Shown piece after piece: positions 13,027 to 25,619 of a DNA stretch of 64,000 nucleotides. The stretch's first letter is position 1. Each line of letters opens with the position of its first letter. The translations under genes were made by a program, and so were the position numbers. The DNA lies in assembly GCA_026023565.1 (NCBI GenBank), contig JAPETS010000009.1, positions 434,001-498,000 on the forward strand, given 5' to 3'. Under the pieces are notes generated by a model. It saw only the letters and a list, made by a program, of their open reading frames with translations, ran no database searches and was not told where the DNA came from. The stretch is from Cirrosporium novae-zelandiae. Lineage: Eukaryota.

Positions 13027-13470
13027 GTAAATCACTAGCACATATATAATCTCAACGCTTCCCTCATCTAGCTCCATTATCAACATTACCACTACCATCA
13101 TTACCACCGTCACCCAACAGCTTCTACCTTGAAATTTGTTCAACTCACTTTTATTAGAAGGCCAGGAGTTTCTTCAGGCCATGTGTATGCTCTGAAACTT
13201 ATCCACTCGATTAGTCACTACCACTTCGGTCAACCTTGGATATTCTCCATTTTGTTAGGGCAAATCACCTTGGCCATCATATATCACAGCTCTTGCCCCT
13301 TCAAGGAAATCGACAAGTCGGTTCTCCTAACTAACGGGAAACGTCTCGAAAGACCTCGATCACAAAGAAAGCACGAGGTAAATAACTAGAGTGATTTTGT
13401 TGGCAGTAGAAACCATGATATTTTTCTTGTCCATCTTGTGATATTACCTCCGCGCTAACATATCAACTAA

Positions 13471-14019
13471 ATGGCAGGCACAATGTCAGATTCAACCCTT
13501 CCGTCAGGGCGTAAACGGTCCTCTATAACCAAAAGCCTCGAGCAGACAGGGCCACCTTATAAGAGGCTGCGAATGAGCTCACCCAAAGAGCCAACGCTAA
13601 GGTCGCCGCATTTTAACCATAAACCACGTTATGAAAGCTTCTTTGAGAGAGATCTTGTCGCTGCTCGTACTGCCTATCAGCCATTACCCAGCCTACCTTC
13701 CAACGGTTCACTAGACATCTTCCTACAAGCCCGAATAGGAAGCATGAAAGCACAAATAGGTGCTTCCGGAAAAGATTCTAGGCCTATTGCGTCAGAGAAT
13801 TCTAGCACAAATGCACGATGTTCCGGTTCCTCGGATCCCGATGGACTCAAATGTCCAGATTGCCAAATACCTTCTAGTACACGTCCAAGGTTTCAGACAG
13901 AAGAAAGGACCGTCAGTCCATTCGAGGAAGAACGCAAGCGAAGTTGGAATGCCATGAAACAAAACCGGCCATATATGCCTTTGCATCCTCCCGAATGTTT
14001 GTGGGTAGTAGATGATTAG
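13471..14019 (+). CDS. Orphan hypothetical protein (182 aa)
   Basis: Open ORF with NLS-like GRKRS/YKRLR and one CxxC; possible short upstream intron (GTAAAT 13378 ... GCTAAC). Confidence 0.45.
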   Translation: MAGTMSDSTLPSGRKRSSITKSLEQTGPPYKRLRMSSPKEPTLRSPHFNHKPRYESFFERDLVAARTAYQPLPSLPSNGSLDIFLQARIGSMKAQIGASGKDSRPIASENSSTNARCSGSSDPDGLKCPDCQIPSSTRPRFQTEERTVSPFEEERKRSWNAMKQNRPYMPLHPPECLWVVDD

Positions 14020-14172
14020 AAATATATACTTTTGGGGGCTGTGAGATTCAACCAGTGACCTAGTTGGGTCAAAGTCTTCTCGGTGCTTATTGTTGACAGT
14101 GTTATGAATAGACTAGACTGACTAGACTAAGGCCCTTGGTCTGGTTGGTCTATAGACCGTCTAGTCACATAG

Positions 14173-14252
14173 TGTAACAGGGGGTTGATTAGTCAGTTGA
14201 TAATTATATGATATATAAATCAAGGTCTTGGCGGAAGCTTTGGTATTGACTT
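14173..14252 (-). pseudogene. Decayed duplicate of 11929-12008 (3' end of the 177-aa orphan ORF)
   Basis: Ungapped 80-nt alignment with 18 mismatches; translates KVNTKASAKTL versus EVNTKASPKAL. Confidence 0.65.
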
Positions 14253-15392
14253 TCACCCTTCCTTTACCTCACCAAACAGTATTCTACTACTTATTGTCCT
14301 CAATTCCCAAGCTCTTTCCAATTATAATATAAAATCGTGTACGCAAGGAATTCTAGGCCAAATTTGGATTTTTGGATGCCTAGAATTAAAATTTTAGCCC
14401 AATGTTCAATAAAATACTCAGTAAAATACCTATTAGAATGCTCAGTAGAAGCCTCAATAGAAGTTTCAATTGCAAGCCTTAGTTAGAAGCTTAGTTCGAA
14501 TATTCAGTGCGAGCCTCAGCGCTACTCGAGTACTTTTTCTATTGGTGGTTCAGGGACGTAATTATCACGAATCTACTGTGATACCCTGGAGTGACTAGCT
14601 GAGCCCCTGATTCACAATATCTTATCATGATCATCTCCACGTGATTTTATCTAATCTAAAATTCTAAGCTCTGATGCCTTTGAAAGCAAACAGAAATCCA
14701 GAGCGACGAGTTGCTTAAGTTGTGTGATCTTTCTAGGTGCATTCTGATTACATGTAAAGGGTAGTACTGTTTAGTATGCTGGCTTGTTTGATTTCTTTTT
14801 AATTATTTGCAAAGAAGAATATTAACGTCATGGAATTTCGGAATAAAATCTCCCGACTTCCTCGGCCAATGCTCTTTTCTTTATCCCAAGAACTCCCTGG
14901 ATCTTTTTCTATACATCAAGATATTCTTCATAAATGGCATTACTCATCTTCCTCATCCATCATCCCAGTTCATCTATGTGAAATCAGAAGACATATCCTC
15001 GATATTAAATGATTTCCATCCATTCCATGATTTAGCCTGAATAAAGTAACATCATTAAAACAGTCCCTCTCCGTATCCTCATAGGTCATTCCGTTCCTGA
15101 TGTTCCCCCCCGCTTCGGATATGGAGATCATCTCCGTCTGCATATCATTTCTTATGATGACTATTTCTATACCCTGACATCAATTTCCCACGAATACGAG
15201 AACATCTCTTGTATTAAGACATCCGATCACCATATTGACTATAAGAATGTCTTGTTATAGCCATCAGTCTTTCCGTTAACCATTAGTTATGCCGAGAAAA
15301 TATTGGGTTATGCGAAATGATATATCCTAGCCATATAACCCCGTGTAAACAGCTACTCAAGTATTAACTTCTCAATTGAATCTTCATCAACG

Positions 15393-18267
15393 ATGAAAGG
15401 CTTTTGGTCGATAAGTTCTCTAGGGATGGTAGGGATGGTGCTTTTTGGTGTAGCCCATGCCATTGCCACTCCCTCACAATATGATGTTGTCTGGACTACC
15501 CAGTCTTCAAACCATTCGTGGGATTCGATGCCATTTGGAGGAGGTGACCTAGGTTGCAATGCTTGGGTGGAAAACGGTGAGGATTCTCTTATAAACAGTA
15601 CAATTATAATCTAACCCTTTGATAGATACTATTCTCTTCTACTTTGCAAAATCTGGTTGGTTTAGATCCATCTAGTGCTAATTCAATTGAGCCAACAATT
15701 CTCTGTTAGGCACATGGGACGATGCAAATACCTTGGTAAAGCTTGGTCGTGTACGATTGGATTTAGATCCTAACCCATTCACGAATTCAAGCTTTGAACA
15801 GCGACTTGTTCTCCACGATGGCTATATCAAAATAACTGGCGGCAATAATACTACTATCAAGCTTTGGGTAGACGTACACAGCTCGATTATACATGCTGAT
15901 ATAGACAGTCCCACTGCGATCGATTTAACTGCTTCCTATGAGACTTGGAGATATCGGGATCGCCAGATGAATGCTACGGGGGGAGAACAGTATGATGGTC
16001 TAACCCTTGGGAGATAAATTTCTACGTGACTAATTTGACCCTAGAGATCAATCATCATGGGATACTGCAACAGAGATCGATAACAAGACAATCAACGCTA
16101 CGACTTACAAAGACAATATTTCTTATTCTAACAACGGCATACTGATGTATCACCATAATCGGAACTATACCATGTTTAACTTCACAGTTGAATATGAATT
16201 ACTAGGAGACTACATAGACCAAATGTATAATCCACTTGCCAGCAATACATATGGATTCTGGATGTATGGGAATGGCCTTCTACCTACCAATAAAACCACA
16301 AGTGGTGTTTACATCAATACAGACTATAAAAGGTGGTCTTTGAAGAGTTTTAAACCACAAGCGTCTTTCAACCTTGCCATTACAACCTACGTTAATCAGA
16401 CTTCAGTAGCTGATCTCGAGAAAAAAGTTGCCTCGATTGCCTCTACTTCAGCAGCAAATTCGCAGAATAGCTCCATAGCTTGGTGGCATAAGTTTTGGGA
16501 CAGGAGCTATATCTTCATCAACACTGATGCTGGTTCAAATGATGCCTCCTTCCAGGTTGGCAAGAATTACAATATTTTCCGATACATGATGGGATGTAAT
16601 GCATTTAGTGAATGGCCGATGAAGTTCAACGGCGGGGTAAGTGCAACTTTGTTCAACCAATCTCTAAGTTCTGATTTTTTTGCAACAGCTCTACACTTTC
16701 GACCCTTATGGTGTTGAAAGCGATACCCCATGGACTCCTGATTTCCGAAAATGGACCAGTTCTCTTCACACACAGCAAAATCAACGTCTGCTGCATTGGC
16801 CTCTTCTAAAATCTGGTGATTTAGACATTCTCAAAGCTAACTTCGAATTCTATAAACGGATTACTCCGAATGCTCAACTACGAGGAAGGGTATATTTCGG
16901 AATTAACCATACCGTCTTCACGGAACAGATAGAGAATTTTGGACTTCCAAACTATGTTGAATGGAATGGTAGGCTTTTCTATGATGATGTTGCTCGATCC
17001 GTGGCACCACTATATCCGTTGGGTGTTGACTGGAATAGATGGCTAAGTTATCTTTTTGTTGGAATCCTTACTTCAATAAGCAAATATGATGATGTACTAA
17101 TGCTATCTAGGATACTGCCAATGAATCTGCAGACATGATCCTCCTAGCCAACCAGTACCATGGATTTGATGTGACGCCATACCTAAATTTCATTGAAAAT
17201 CAGTTAATGTGGTACGATGTCTACTATCAGTATTTACAACAAAATCGTGATGCCTTACCTCTTTCTGGTCAAGGGGATGTTGTGGAGGAAGAGGTAAAGC
17301 TCGTCATCTACCCAGGATCGGGCCAAGAAGCGTAAGTCGACTTATTCTTCGTCTACTTACCCTTCAAGCTGTCAATTGATTAAGATCCGAATAGTTACAA
17401 AGGAACATATAATGCCGCATCAACCGTGAGCGGTCTGCGAAAGGTCATCAGTGATCTCCTCTCCGTCAATCCCGATTATGAGATTGGCAACAAATCATAT
17501 TATGAAAGCTACTACAATCGCATACCCGATACTCCCATTCGTACTGTTGGTACATGGGAGAAGAATTGGACTGCTATTGCTCCCGCGCAAGCCTATGCCC
17601 GTATCCAGAACACAGAAATAGTTTCTTGTTATCCAGTATTCCGTCAGTAATAATTCCAGTGAACCAGCATAAACAAATCAACTGATAAGAGTCAGCATGG
17701 GGTGAGTATGGGTTAGGGAAACCAAATTTAACTTACGCCATCAACGCCTATCTACATGACCCAGAAGTCCAGACCTTCAGGGCCATCAAAGGTGAATTTG
17801 GCCGTACTATTTTTTATACTCTCTGGCTGATATAGTTTACTCTAGGCTGGAAGCAAGATCCCATTTGGGTGGCACGGCTGGGTCTTAGCGACCTTGCACA
17901 GGAATACATCACCGAAAAATTGGCTGATTCGACTGCCTATCGATTCCCTGCATTCTGGGGCGTAAGTATCCCAATCATCCTTCCAAATCAATCGGATGAG
18001 TTAATAAATTTTCAGCCCAACTATGATTGGTCTCCGGATATGAATCATGGAGGATCCGCGATGATTGCCCTTCAAGAAATGCTAATGCAGACCGACAATT
18101 ATACAATCCGGCTTCTACCCACATGGCCCAGTAATTGGACAACCAAATTCAAGCTACATGCTCCATATAACACAACTGTAAGTGGTACAGTGAGGAATGG
18201 GAATATATCGGATCTAGTAATTGAGCCAGCTTCTCGGAAAGGCGATGTAGTTTGGGGACAAAACTAA
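15393..18267 (+). CDS. Secreted DUF5703 / GH95-like (alpha/alpha)6 glycoside hydrolase, 10 exons
   Basis: Exons 15393-15576, 15626-15655, 15710-15989, 16045-16636, 16689-17057, 17111-17331, 17395-17642, 17696-17791, 17846-17961, 18016-18267 join in frame. Signal peptide; motifs YDVVWTTQS..SMPFGGGDLGCNAWVE, WPMKFNGG, RFPAFWGPNYDWSPDMNHGG, IRLLPTWP. Confidence 0.88.
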
Positions 18268-18784
18268 ATCCAAAACTATTCATACCCTGGATCTATTATA
18301 ATAATTAGTAGCTACTTATTATATCTATGGCTCTCAATTTCTATTTCAAACCATTGCATTATACCTGAAACCAAATTGATGTGACAATGTACGCTCGTGA
18401 CACCACGTTGTATTTCGCTCAATGAAGGAAGACCAGGATCTTTAAATCAAAATAACTCGTTACGTCATAGATAAGATATGAAATTTCTGAGAGTGCAATC
18501 CTTGCAATGTACTTTTGATATGCATCACCTTCAGGTCGCAAAAAACAGTATCAAAACATTTTTAGTAGAGGGTTAATGATATCGAAGAGACTGACGTGAA
18601 GGCATCGGATGTCAGTGTTGGGATTTTCGCCTGATTACTAGGCATGAACAAGGACGCTTCAAGTCTGCCCCACAAAATTCTCTGGACGCTTCAACTTATA
18701 CAAATTCTACCAATACGCGACATTTCAAGCCGTTGAATAAAGCGTTCACCTGTCTTGTCCAGCTGCGTTGCATATCTTGTAAAC

Positions 18785-20208
18785 ATGTCTCGCATTGAAG
18801 AGCTTCCAGATGATTTCGACGAATCTCTAAATTTAAATACCACTCCTCAACCGGAGACCCAATACCCAAATGAAGCTCTAGGCATTCCAGAAGCTGCTCT
18901 CCAAAATTCCATTCCCTTTCCTCTTCCTCCAGGTGCAGACAGACGCGATGGCACAACCCCAGCACTTCCTCCACAGATGCAATCTGTGCGAGCGCATACA
19001 GCAGATGACATTATCAAGATGATGAACCGCACGCCTCTTTTTATGACTACGCTAGACGAAACAGACGGCGAAGGTGTGTCGATTCTCTCCATTTGAGTTG
19101 GTTATATGCATTACGGACTTCTGAAAGTATAAAATAGGTGGGGAGAATGCCGAACTCGAGGCGTTAAGGGCGCTACAGTATGAGGGGACCAAGGCAGAGA
19201 TTGCGCAAGACTTTAGGGAGCAGGGTAATGAGCAGGCGAAGGCCAAACAATGGAAGGATGCAAAAGAGTTTTACACCAAAGCAATCGCAGTGCTCACAAA
19301 GAAGATCAAAAATGGAGAGGAGTCTAAACAAGAGACAGCTAATGAAAATGAGGAGCTTGATCCAGAAGAGGAGAAGAAAAAAGAAAAGACACATGAGGAA
19401 GCTTGCTATATCAACCGTGCTCTTTGCAATCTCGAACTGAGTATGTTATATCCTATGGATTAATCTACGAGTATGCTGCTGATGTCTTCCAGAGAATTAT
19501 AGATCCTGTACATTGGACTGCGCAGCAGCTCTTCGCCTGAATCCCGAAAATGTCAAAGCCTTCTATCGGTCCTCGCTTGCTTTACTAGCTCTAGACAAGA
19601 TCGAAGAGGCTATGGATGCTTGTACCCGAGGCCTAAAAATTGATCCAAAGAACACAGCTCTCAAGAATACAGAGTCTAAGATTCTTGCTAGAAAATCTAC
19701 CCTGGATGCTATCGCTACAAGAAAGAAGGCTGAACAAGATCGAGCGAGAAAAGAGGCTTTGTTGCTATCTACGGCACTACGAGCACGGAACATCAAGACC
19801 AAGAAAACTGCTCAACCTCCTGATATGGAAGATGCAAAGATTAAATTGACGCCAGATGCCTTGTCACCTGAGAGTTCATTGGTTTTTCCGGTGGTTCTAC
19901 TTTACCCGATGCATGCGCAGTCTGACTTTATCAAGGCCTTTGGTGAGATGGATACGTTGAACAATCACTTGGAGTACATATTTCCCTTGCCTTGGGATAC
20001 ATCGAATGATTATACCATCAAAGAGGTGGACGCATACTTGGAAACAATTAATGGAGGCTTAATTAAGATGGGGAAAAGGGTACCTCTGCTGGATATTTTG
20101 GGTGGCGGCAAGGTTGAGATTGTGGATGAATTGTTTAAGATTAACGTTGTGCCCAGAAAGCTTGCTGGTGAATGGATTGAGGAAATGAAGAAAAGAAAAG
20201 CAAATTGA
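18785..20208 (+). CDS. CNS1: Hsp70/Hsp90 TPR co-chaperone Cns1 (TTC4), 3 exons
   Basis: Exons 18785-19073, 19138-19440, 19493-20208. Motifs MNRTPLFMT and LEALRALQYEGT, TPR repeats, C-terminal wheel domain FPVVLLYPMHAQSDFI. Confidence 0.95.
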
Positions 20209-21246
20209 TTTTCCCTCTCGGAGGATTTGTATATAATTAATGCAGACTATTATCTTATCTTACAGCGACCAAGGGATTGATTCGATGTCGAAGGTCGTAT
20301 GGGCTCGGCAAAACCCCTGTTGCTGTCGATATGAAAAAGACAATTAACCAATTTGGTGTGTTAGATACTTAAGTACTGGGAGATAGTTAGAGATAGTACT
20401 TGTAGTAAATAATGTCTCCACAATACAAAAAGAGGGATCCATGATCACGGGTTGAAGCCAAGTGTCATAGTTTCAAGGGTCCTACCTAGCCTTTCCAGGA
20501 TCATTTATCTCTCTTTTTCTCTCTCTTGAGCTCCCTCGCTCCCTCGCTTCCCTCACCCTCCTTTTCATGGGATATGTTAAGCGAGACAACAAGGAAAAGA
20601 AAAGAAAAGAAAAGAAAAGAAAAATTAAGCAGCAAAAAAGAAAAGAAACAAAAGCAACAAAAGAAACAAAAGAAACAAAAAAAAGAATACAAAAGCCAAT
20701 CCTTGTTTGGCGTCGCTCTTTAGTAACTTCTACATTTGCCGTAGTAGTTTTTAGACTAAGCCTGACTCAACCCAACTGATGCAACTGATGTCAATATTCG
20801 TCCCCCCATTCGTAGCCCCCTCCATCCATCCCCGTCAACCCTCGTCAACCCCCGTCAACCCCCGTTGATCATAGTGTTCTATTATACCCAATCCATTCAA
20901 TCCATTCAATCCATTCCAACCCATTCCAACCCATTCCAACCCATTTCTGAACCAAAAAATCCACCCAAATTTTCCCAGAGTGACAGACTCTACCTTGGTC
21001 TACTACACTTCGGCATCATTAGCCTTTACTGCCTTAGATCCCCCGGTCTTTGACATCTGTGCAGACGGATATCCTGACCACTAACATCAAAGTTTGTGGC
21101 AGAGTTGGACGGATAGAACTGGAACCGCACTTTGATTGCCCTTGGCAAGCAGATTGGTATCAACTACCCATCTAAACAGCCAACTGGACCGCGGTGACCG
21201 CTGAAGAAAGACGCTTCATTTGATTGACCTCTTCCCTGGGCGCACG

Positions 21247-22852
21247 ATGATGGCATATGAATTCAATAATCCCTCCATCTATCCCCCCCAGGTGCCGCAT
21301 CAAATCCCCCAATATCAACCGCAACAGCCACTCTCAGGCCCTCAATCTGTGCCCTCCGTCTTTCACGATCCTCCCCCACAGCCTCCTGGCTTCGCCGGTC
21401 AATTTGGTCAGGTCGCTCATGCCCAGGGTCGACCTTTCTATCCCAACCATCCTCATCCCAACTACAATAACCAAATCAATCCTTACGCCCAAGGCCAGCC
21501 GGGACAGCCACCACCCCCGCCGCCGGTTCCTTCGTATGGCGGGACCACTACTGCTTCGACTTCGATGCCTATGCCCGCTCTTGGTGTTACCACCGCCCAG
21601 ATGATGCAGCCTGGAAACATGCAGCAGCACCTAGGTACGCTTCCTTTCCTATCTACCTTGTTTCTCCGCCAATACTACCTTGACGATCCCCCCCGAAGAG
21701 AAATCTCTGCGACCCGACTTCCTCTCTTTCAGCCCTGTGACTAATGTTTCTCGCTATTTTACAGGTCAGAACCAGTATACCAATCCTCCATATGCTCGAC
21801 AACCTCCGATAACGTCTTCACCGTTTCAGCAGTCCAGTCCTGCTCCAATAAATCATCTTCAGAAGCCACCTTATCTCCAACCCCCATCCACACCACAGCA
21901 ACAGATTCATCACCATCAGCAACTATCTACCAGCCAGCCATTTACCACCTCCACCATGGCTACCTCCATACCGACAACCGCTCCACCTCAAACCAATACG
22001 CATTTTCAGAAACCTCCCATCTCACCCAGTTCCGCCGAACGCGACAAGAATCGGGTCTCGGCATTGCTGGAACTCAATACAGTCCTTCTACAAGAAGTTG
22101 TTAATCTTCAGACGCAAGGAAAAGTGCTATCACAAAGCGACCCGGGAAAAGATGCGATGGTGAATGGACAGACCGGGCCAAATGGAATGAACAAGAGGGT
22201 ATATAGTCAGGAATACGTTGAGTATGTTTTACAACCATCAAACCCCTCAAGGCACACTGAATCAGGTGACACGATGTGAAACCGAGCCAATTTTCCTGAT
22301 TTGGTATTTGATAAGCTGAAGACGCGAGTTGCAAACCGAATCTGGTGGATACGTATGCCAACATGCGTCATGCGACCTACGCGCTCTCAATGCCTGAGAC
22401 TTTTCAGAATGAGCCTCTACTGACGGTGCGATAGATGCATGCGACGCCTTCAAGCAAACCTCGCCTATCTTGCCAACCTAGCTGATCGGGCCCATAAACC
22501 TGCTGCTCCCACACCCGCCGGTCCAGCTATCATGGAACCTCCACCAACAAATGTCAAACTCAATCACAACGAACTGGGTCTCTTATACGACAAACTAAAA
22601 AAACTTTTCCCAGACGCTAAGCCCAGAAATTTCTTTCCGCCAGGTGCGGGAGGCATGGGAGGCGCAGGCAATCCAGCACCTATGATGATGAGTCAAGGGC
22701 AAAATATGGGCATGAACATGGGCATGGGTATGAGCATGGGGATGCAAAGACCCGGCATGATGGCAGCCTCAAATGGCGCCTCTATGGGTGGTGTTATGGG
22801 AACTTCGGGAGTTTCCGGAATGGGTAATCCATCGGGTGCAGCAATGATTTGA
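21247..22852 (+). CDS. Q/P-rich protein with an SSXT (SS18/Snf11-like) domain, putative SWI/SNF subunit, 3 exons
   Basis: Exons 21247-21634, 21765-22221, 22435-22852. Spliced sequence gives VSALLELNTVLLQEVVNLQTQGK...EYVECMRRLQANLAYLANLAD, which resembles the SS18 SNH motif LHxNLVYLAxIAD. Confidence 0.75.
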
Positions 22853-23224
22853 TTTGATTTTTTAAGGAAATTATCCTTGCTTTTGTTGCATGATACTGGC
22901 GTCCTCGGCTTGCAGGCATAAACATATGCATTGATACTCTTTTTCATGAGGGAAGGGGGGGGGCATTTTTTATTACTAGTGATGTTTTTCATGCGACTTG
23001 TGGATATTCACAGACAAAAATGAGCTGAGGTTTGCGTGTATGTATATGTGTAATGCACTGCTGGCGGGGGGGTTTTGTTGATTATTTTTACAGAATAACG
23101 TCTTCAATCTTCCTTTGGCCCAGGAAGGAATTAGGCGACAGCATGCCAATGAATTGTGTATCAACCTGTATCATTATTATTCCTTTTTTTTGAACTATCA
23201 ATCATGTCTCATGCGACTTTTACG

Positions 23225-23255
<31 letters not shown>

Positions 23256-23579
23256 TTTTTTCTATTCGAGATATTAATAATTACGTTAATTTTATATTGT
23301 TTCTTTAGATATTTTTTTTTTTCACGCGCGGCTAATTCGGTATTAATTAATTGATTAGCGAACAGATAATTAGACTAGGGCGATTTTTCTCGATGAGGAT
23401 GAAGATGCTTCAAGGGGAGGGGGGAAGGGGGAAAGGGGGGGTAAGTATAGTCTATATTGTGGAGTGTGGAGGAAGGAAGAAGGGAAATATGGATTGTTTG
23501 TGATTTATATGTGTGAAGTAATCTAGGTACGTAGGTGTCTAGATAGGTATTATAACTAACTAATATGTTAGATCATTTT

Positions 23580-23637
23580 TGTATGTATGTATGTATGTAT
23601 GTATGTATGTATGTATGTATGTATGTATGTATGTATG
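23580..23637. repeat. (TGTA)n microsatellite of about 14 units in an SSR-rich spacer (23.2-25.6 kb)
   Basis: Direct observation; (TTG)n at about 23226-23254, plus (CTAT)n, (GTCT)n, (GA)n and poly-A tracts nearby. Confidence 0.95.
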
Positions 23638-25554
23638 TGACTATGTGATGGAAAGATGTGAGGTTAGGTTAGGTGGAGGGAGAGGGAGTGAAATGAATCA
23701 AGGAAGGGACTGACTTGATTTCAATATCGGATATCCTCCTCATCCTCCCAGCAGCAGTATTATCAATTCCCTCCCTCCTTCCCTCTCCCTCCTTCCCTCT
23801 CCCTCTCTCATACATACATACATCCACATAAATAGCCAATTTCTCATTTGTTTACTTACTTACCCTAACCTACCTAGGTACTTATCTACTTATCTATTTA
23901 TTTCAACAGGTTCTTTTCTTTTTTCTCCTTTCTTCCCTCTCTTCCTGTAGTAATTATATATGGAATTGACTGAGATTGGGAAGGGGATCTAGGGGGATCT
24001 AAGGGGATTTGCGGGCTTGGGGTCTTGATGGCTTGACGGTGGGGTTTGATGTTTAATAAGTAAAGGAAGGAAGGTAGGTAGGGGGTGAGGTATGTCATTG
24101 GTCATTGGGTATTGAGAGCGTAATTAAATATCTATCCATCTATCCATCAATCGTAAAAACGCATCCCAACCCAAAGCCTTTCCTATAACATATCCATATC
24201 CATATCCATAATCTTCAAACTTATTATACCTAACCCAACCCTAAAATCTAAGATCTAAGATCTAAACGATGAATTTCGAATATATCTATATATATATCCT
24301 TTGATCCTTGATCCCCCGCTACAGTACTTCGATTCATGCTCCTAGGAGAGAGAGAGAGAGCCCTATAGATATAGATATTCCCAACAAGCACACTTGCGAC
24401 CAACTCCTCTGTTTTATCCTCAGATGGAGGAGGGTTTGTGAGGATCAGGTCAGGCTAGGTTAGGTATCAATCACTACTTAGAAAACCCTCTTTTGAGGAC
24501 ACATGTATTACTCATGCCCTCCCCGTCCCCCCTTTTTTCTTTTCCTATTTGATTTGATTTGATTTGGTGGTGGTGGTCTCAAAAGGGGTGTGTGGATGTA
24601 TATCATACGTATCCCCCTCCCATGTAGTAAGGGAAGCAATGAAAGAAAGGGTATTTAAGTATTTAAATTTTCATTCTTGATATTAATATTTTTGGAGTAT
24701 CTATCTATCTATCTATCTATATAGGTTTTGGAAAGGATGGAAGAAGAAGGAGGAGGAGGAGGAAGGAGGAAAGGGAAGGACTATAGACTGTGGATAAAAA
24801 ACACTTGGGTGATATTATGGGTGGATATATAGATACTACTCGCCAGAAGCAGTGCGTGCGTACGTGCGTGCCGTACCTGGGTCTTTCAAATCTCGATCCA
24901 TCTGTCTGTCTGTCTGTCTGTTAAATGGGGACTTCATGAAGTATATATGTATGTGTGTATGTATATATTATTTCTTAAACCAAAAAAAAAAAAAAAAATC
25001 CTAGAAAGAAGAAGAGGAAGAGATGTACTCGAGTATGTAATTAATTAGATTTGGCCATGTATTTTTTTTTGTGTCCGTTGTGTCTGTATGTCTGATTTCT
25101 CCTTCTTTCTTCCTTTCTTTCTCTCTCCCTAACCAACCAACCCCTTCCCTTCCCTTCCCCCTCACGCCCCACAAAAAAAAATCTTGATTGATTGATTGAT
25201 TTCCTCTCAAGAAACGTTAAAATGAAATAAAAATAAAAATAAAACATGAGAGAGAAAAAGAGAAGCCAAATCTGTGGGTTATAATACTGTGTACTGTACT
25301 ATACTATACTATATTATACATGCAGTTTTTCAAAAAAGACTTCTTGCTCTTACCCTTACAATTTCTGCTCCTTTTTATTTTTATACAAAAATACAAAATA
25401 TCCCCTACTCCCTACTCCTTTCTACTCATATATATTATATTATATCCACAACATCCAAAACATCAAAAACCAGATTATTTATAACCTACTCCTACTCCCA
25501 CAATGAACGGGGGGGCTCGAAGAACGAGCTTCATTTTACAAAGTCCCTACCTAC

Positions 25555-25562
25555 TATATAAA
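25555..25562 (+). promoter_or_regulatory. TATA box candidate upstream of the putative telomerase RNA
   Basis: TATATAAA about 65 nt before the first predicted helix (25626); a (TA)n run also lies at 25583-25597. Confidence 0.35.
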
Positions 25563-25619
25563 CACTTCCCCCCCCCTTTTTTTATATATATATATAAGTT
25601 AAATGGAAATATAAAGTTC

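Noticed and set aside
18652..18694. GGACGCTTCAA direct repeat in the CNS1 promoter
   Set aside because: Two 11-mers that match no motif I can name; not assignable without conservation data.
22222..22434. TPP riboswitch or stwintron in the long intron
   Set aside because: CTGAGA and CCTGAT elements are in the wrong order for a TPP aptamer, and no split donor or acceptor pattern is present.
23862..25134. Canonical CCCTAA-containing stretches (about 23863, 24238 and 25127) as alternative TER templates
   Set aside because: They are embedded in simple CCTA/CCAA repeats, with no flanking helices or complex sequence.
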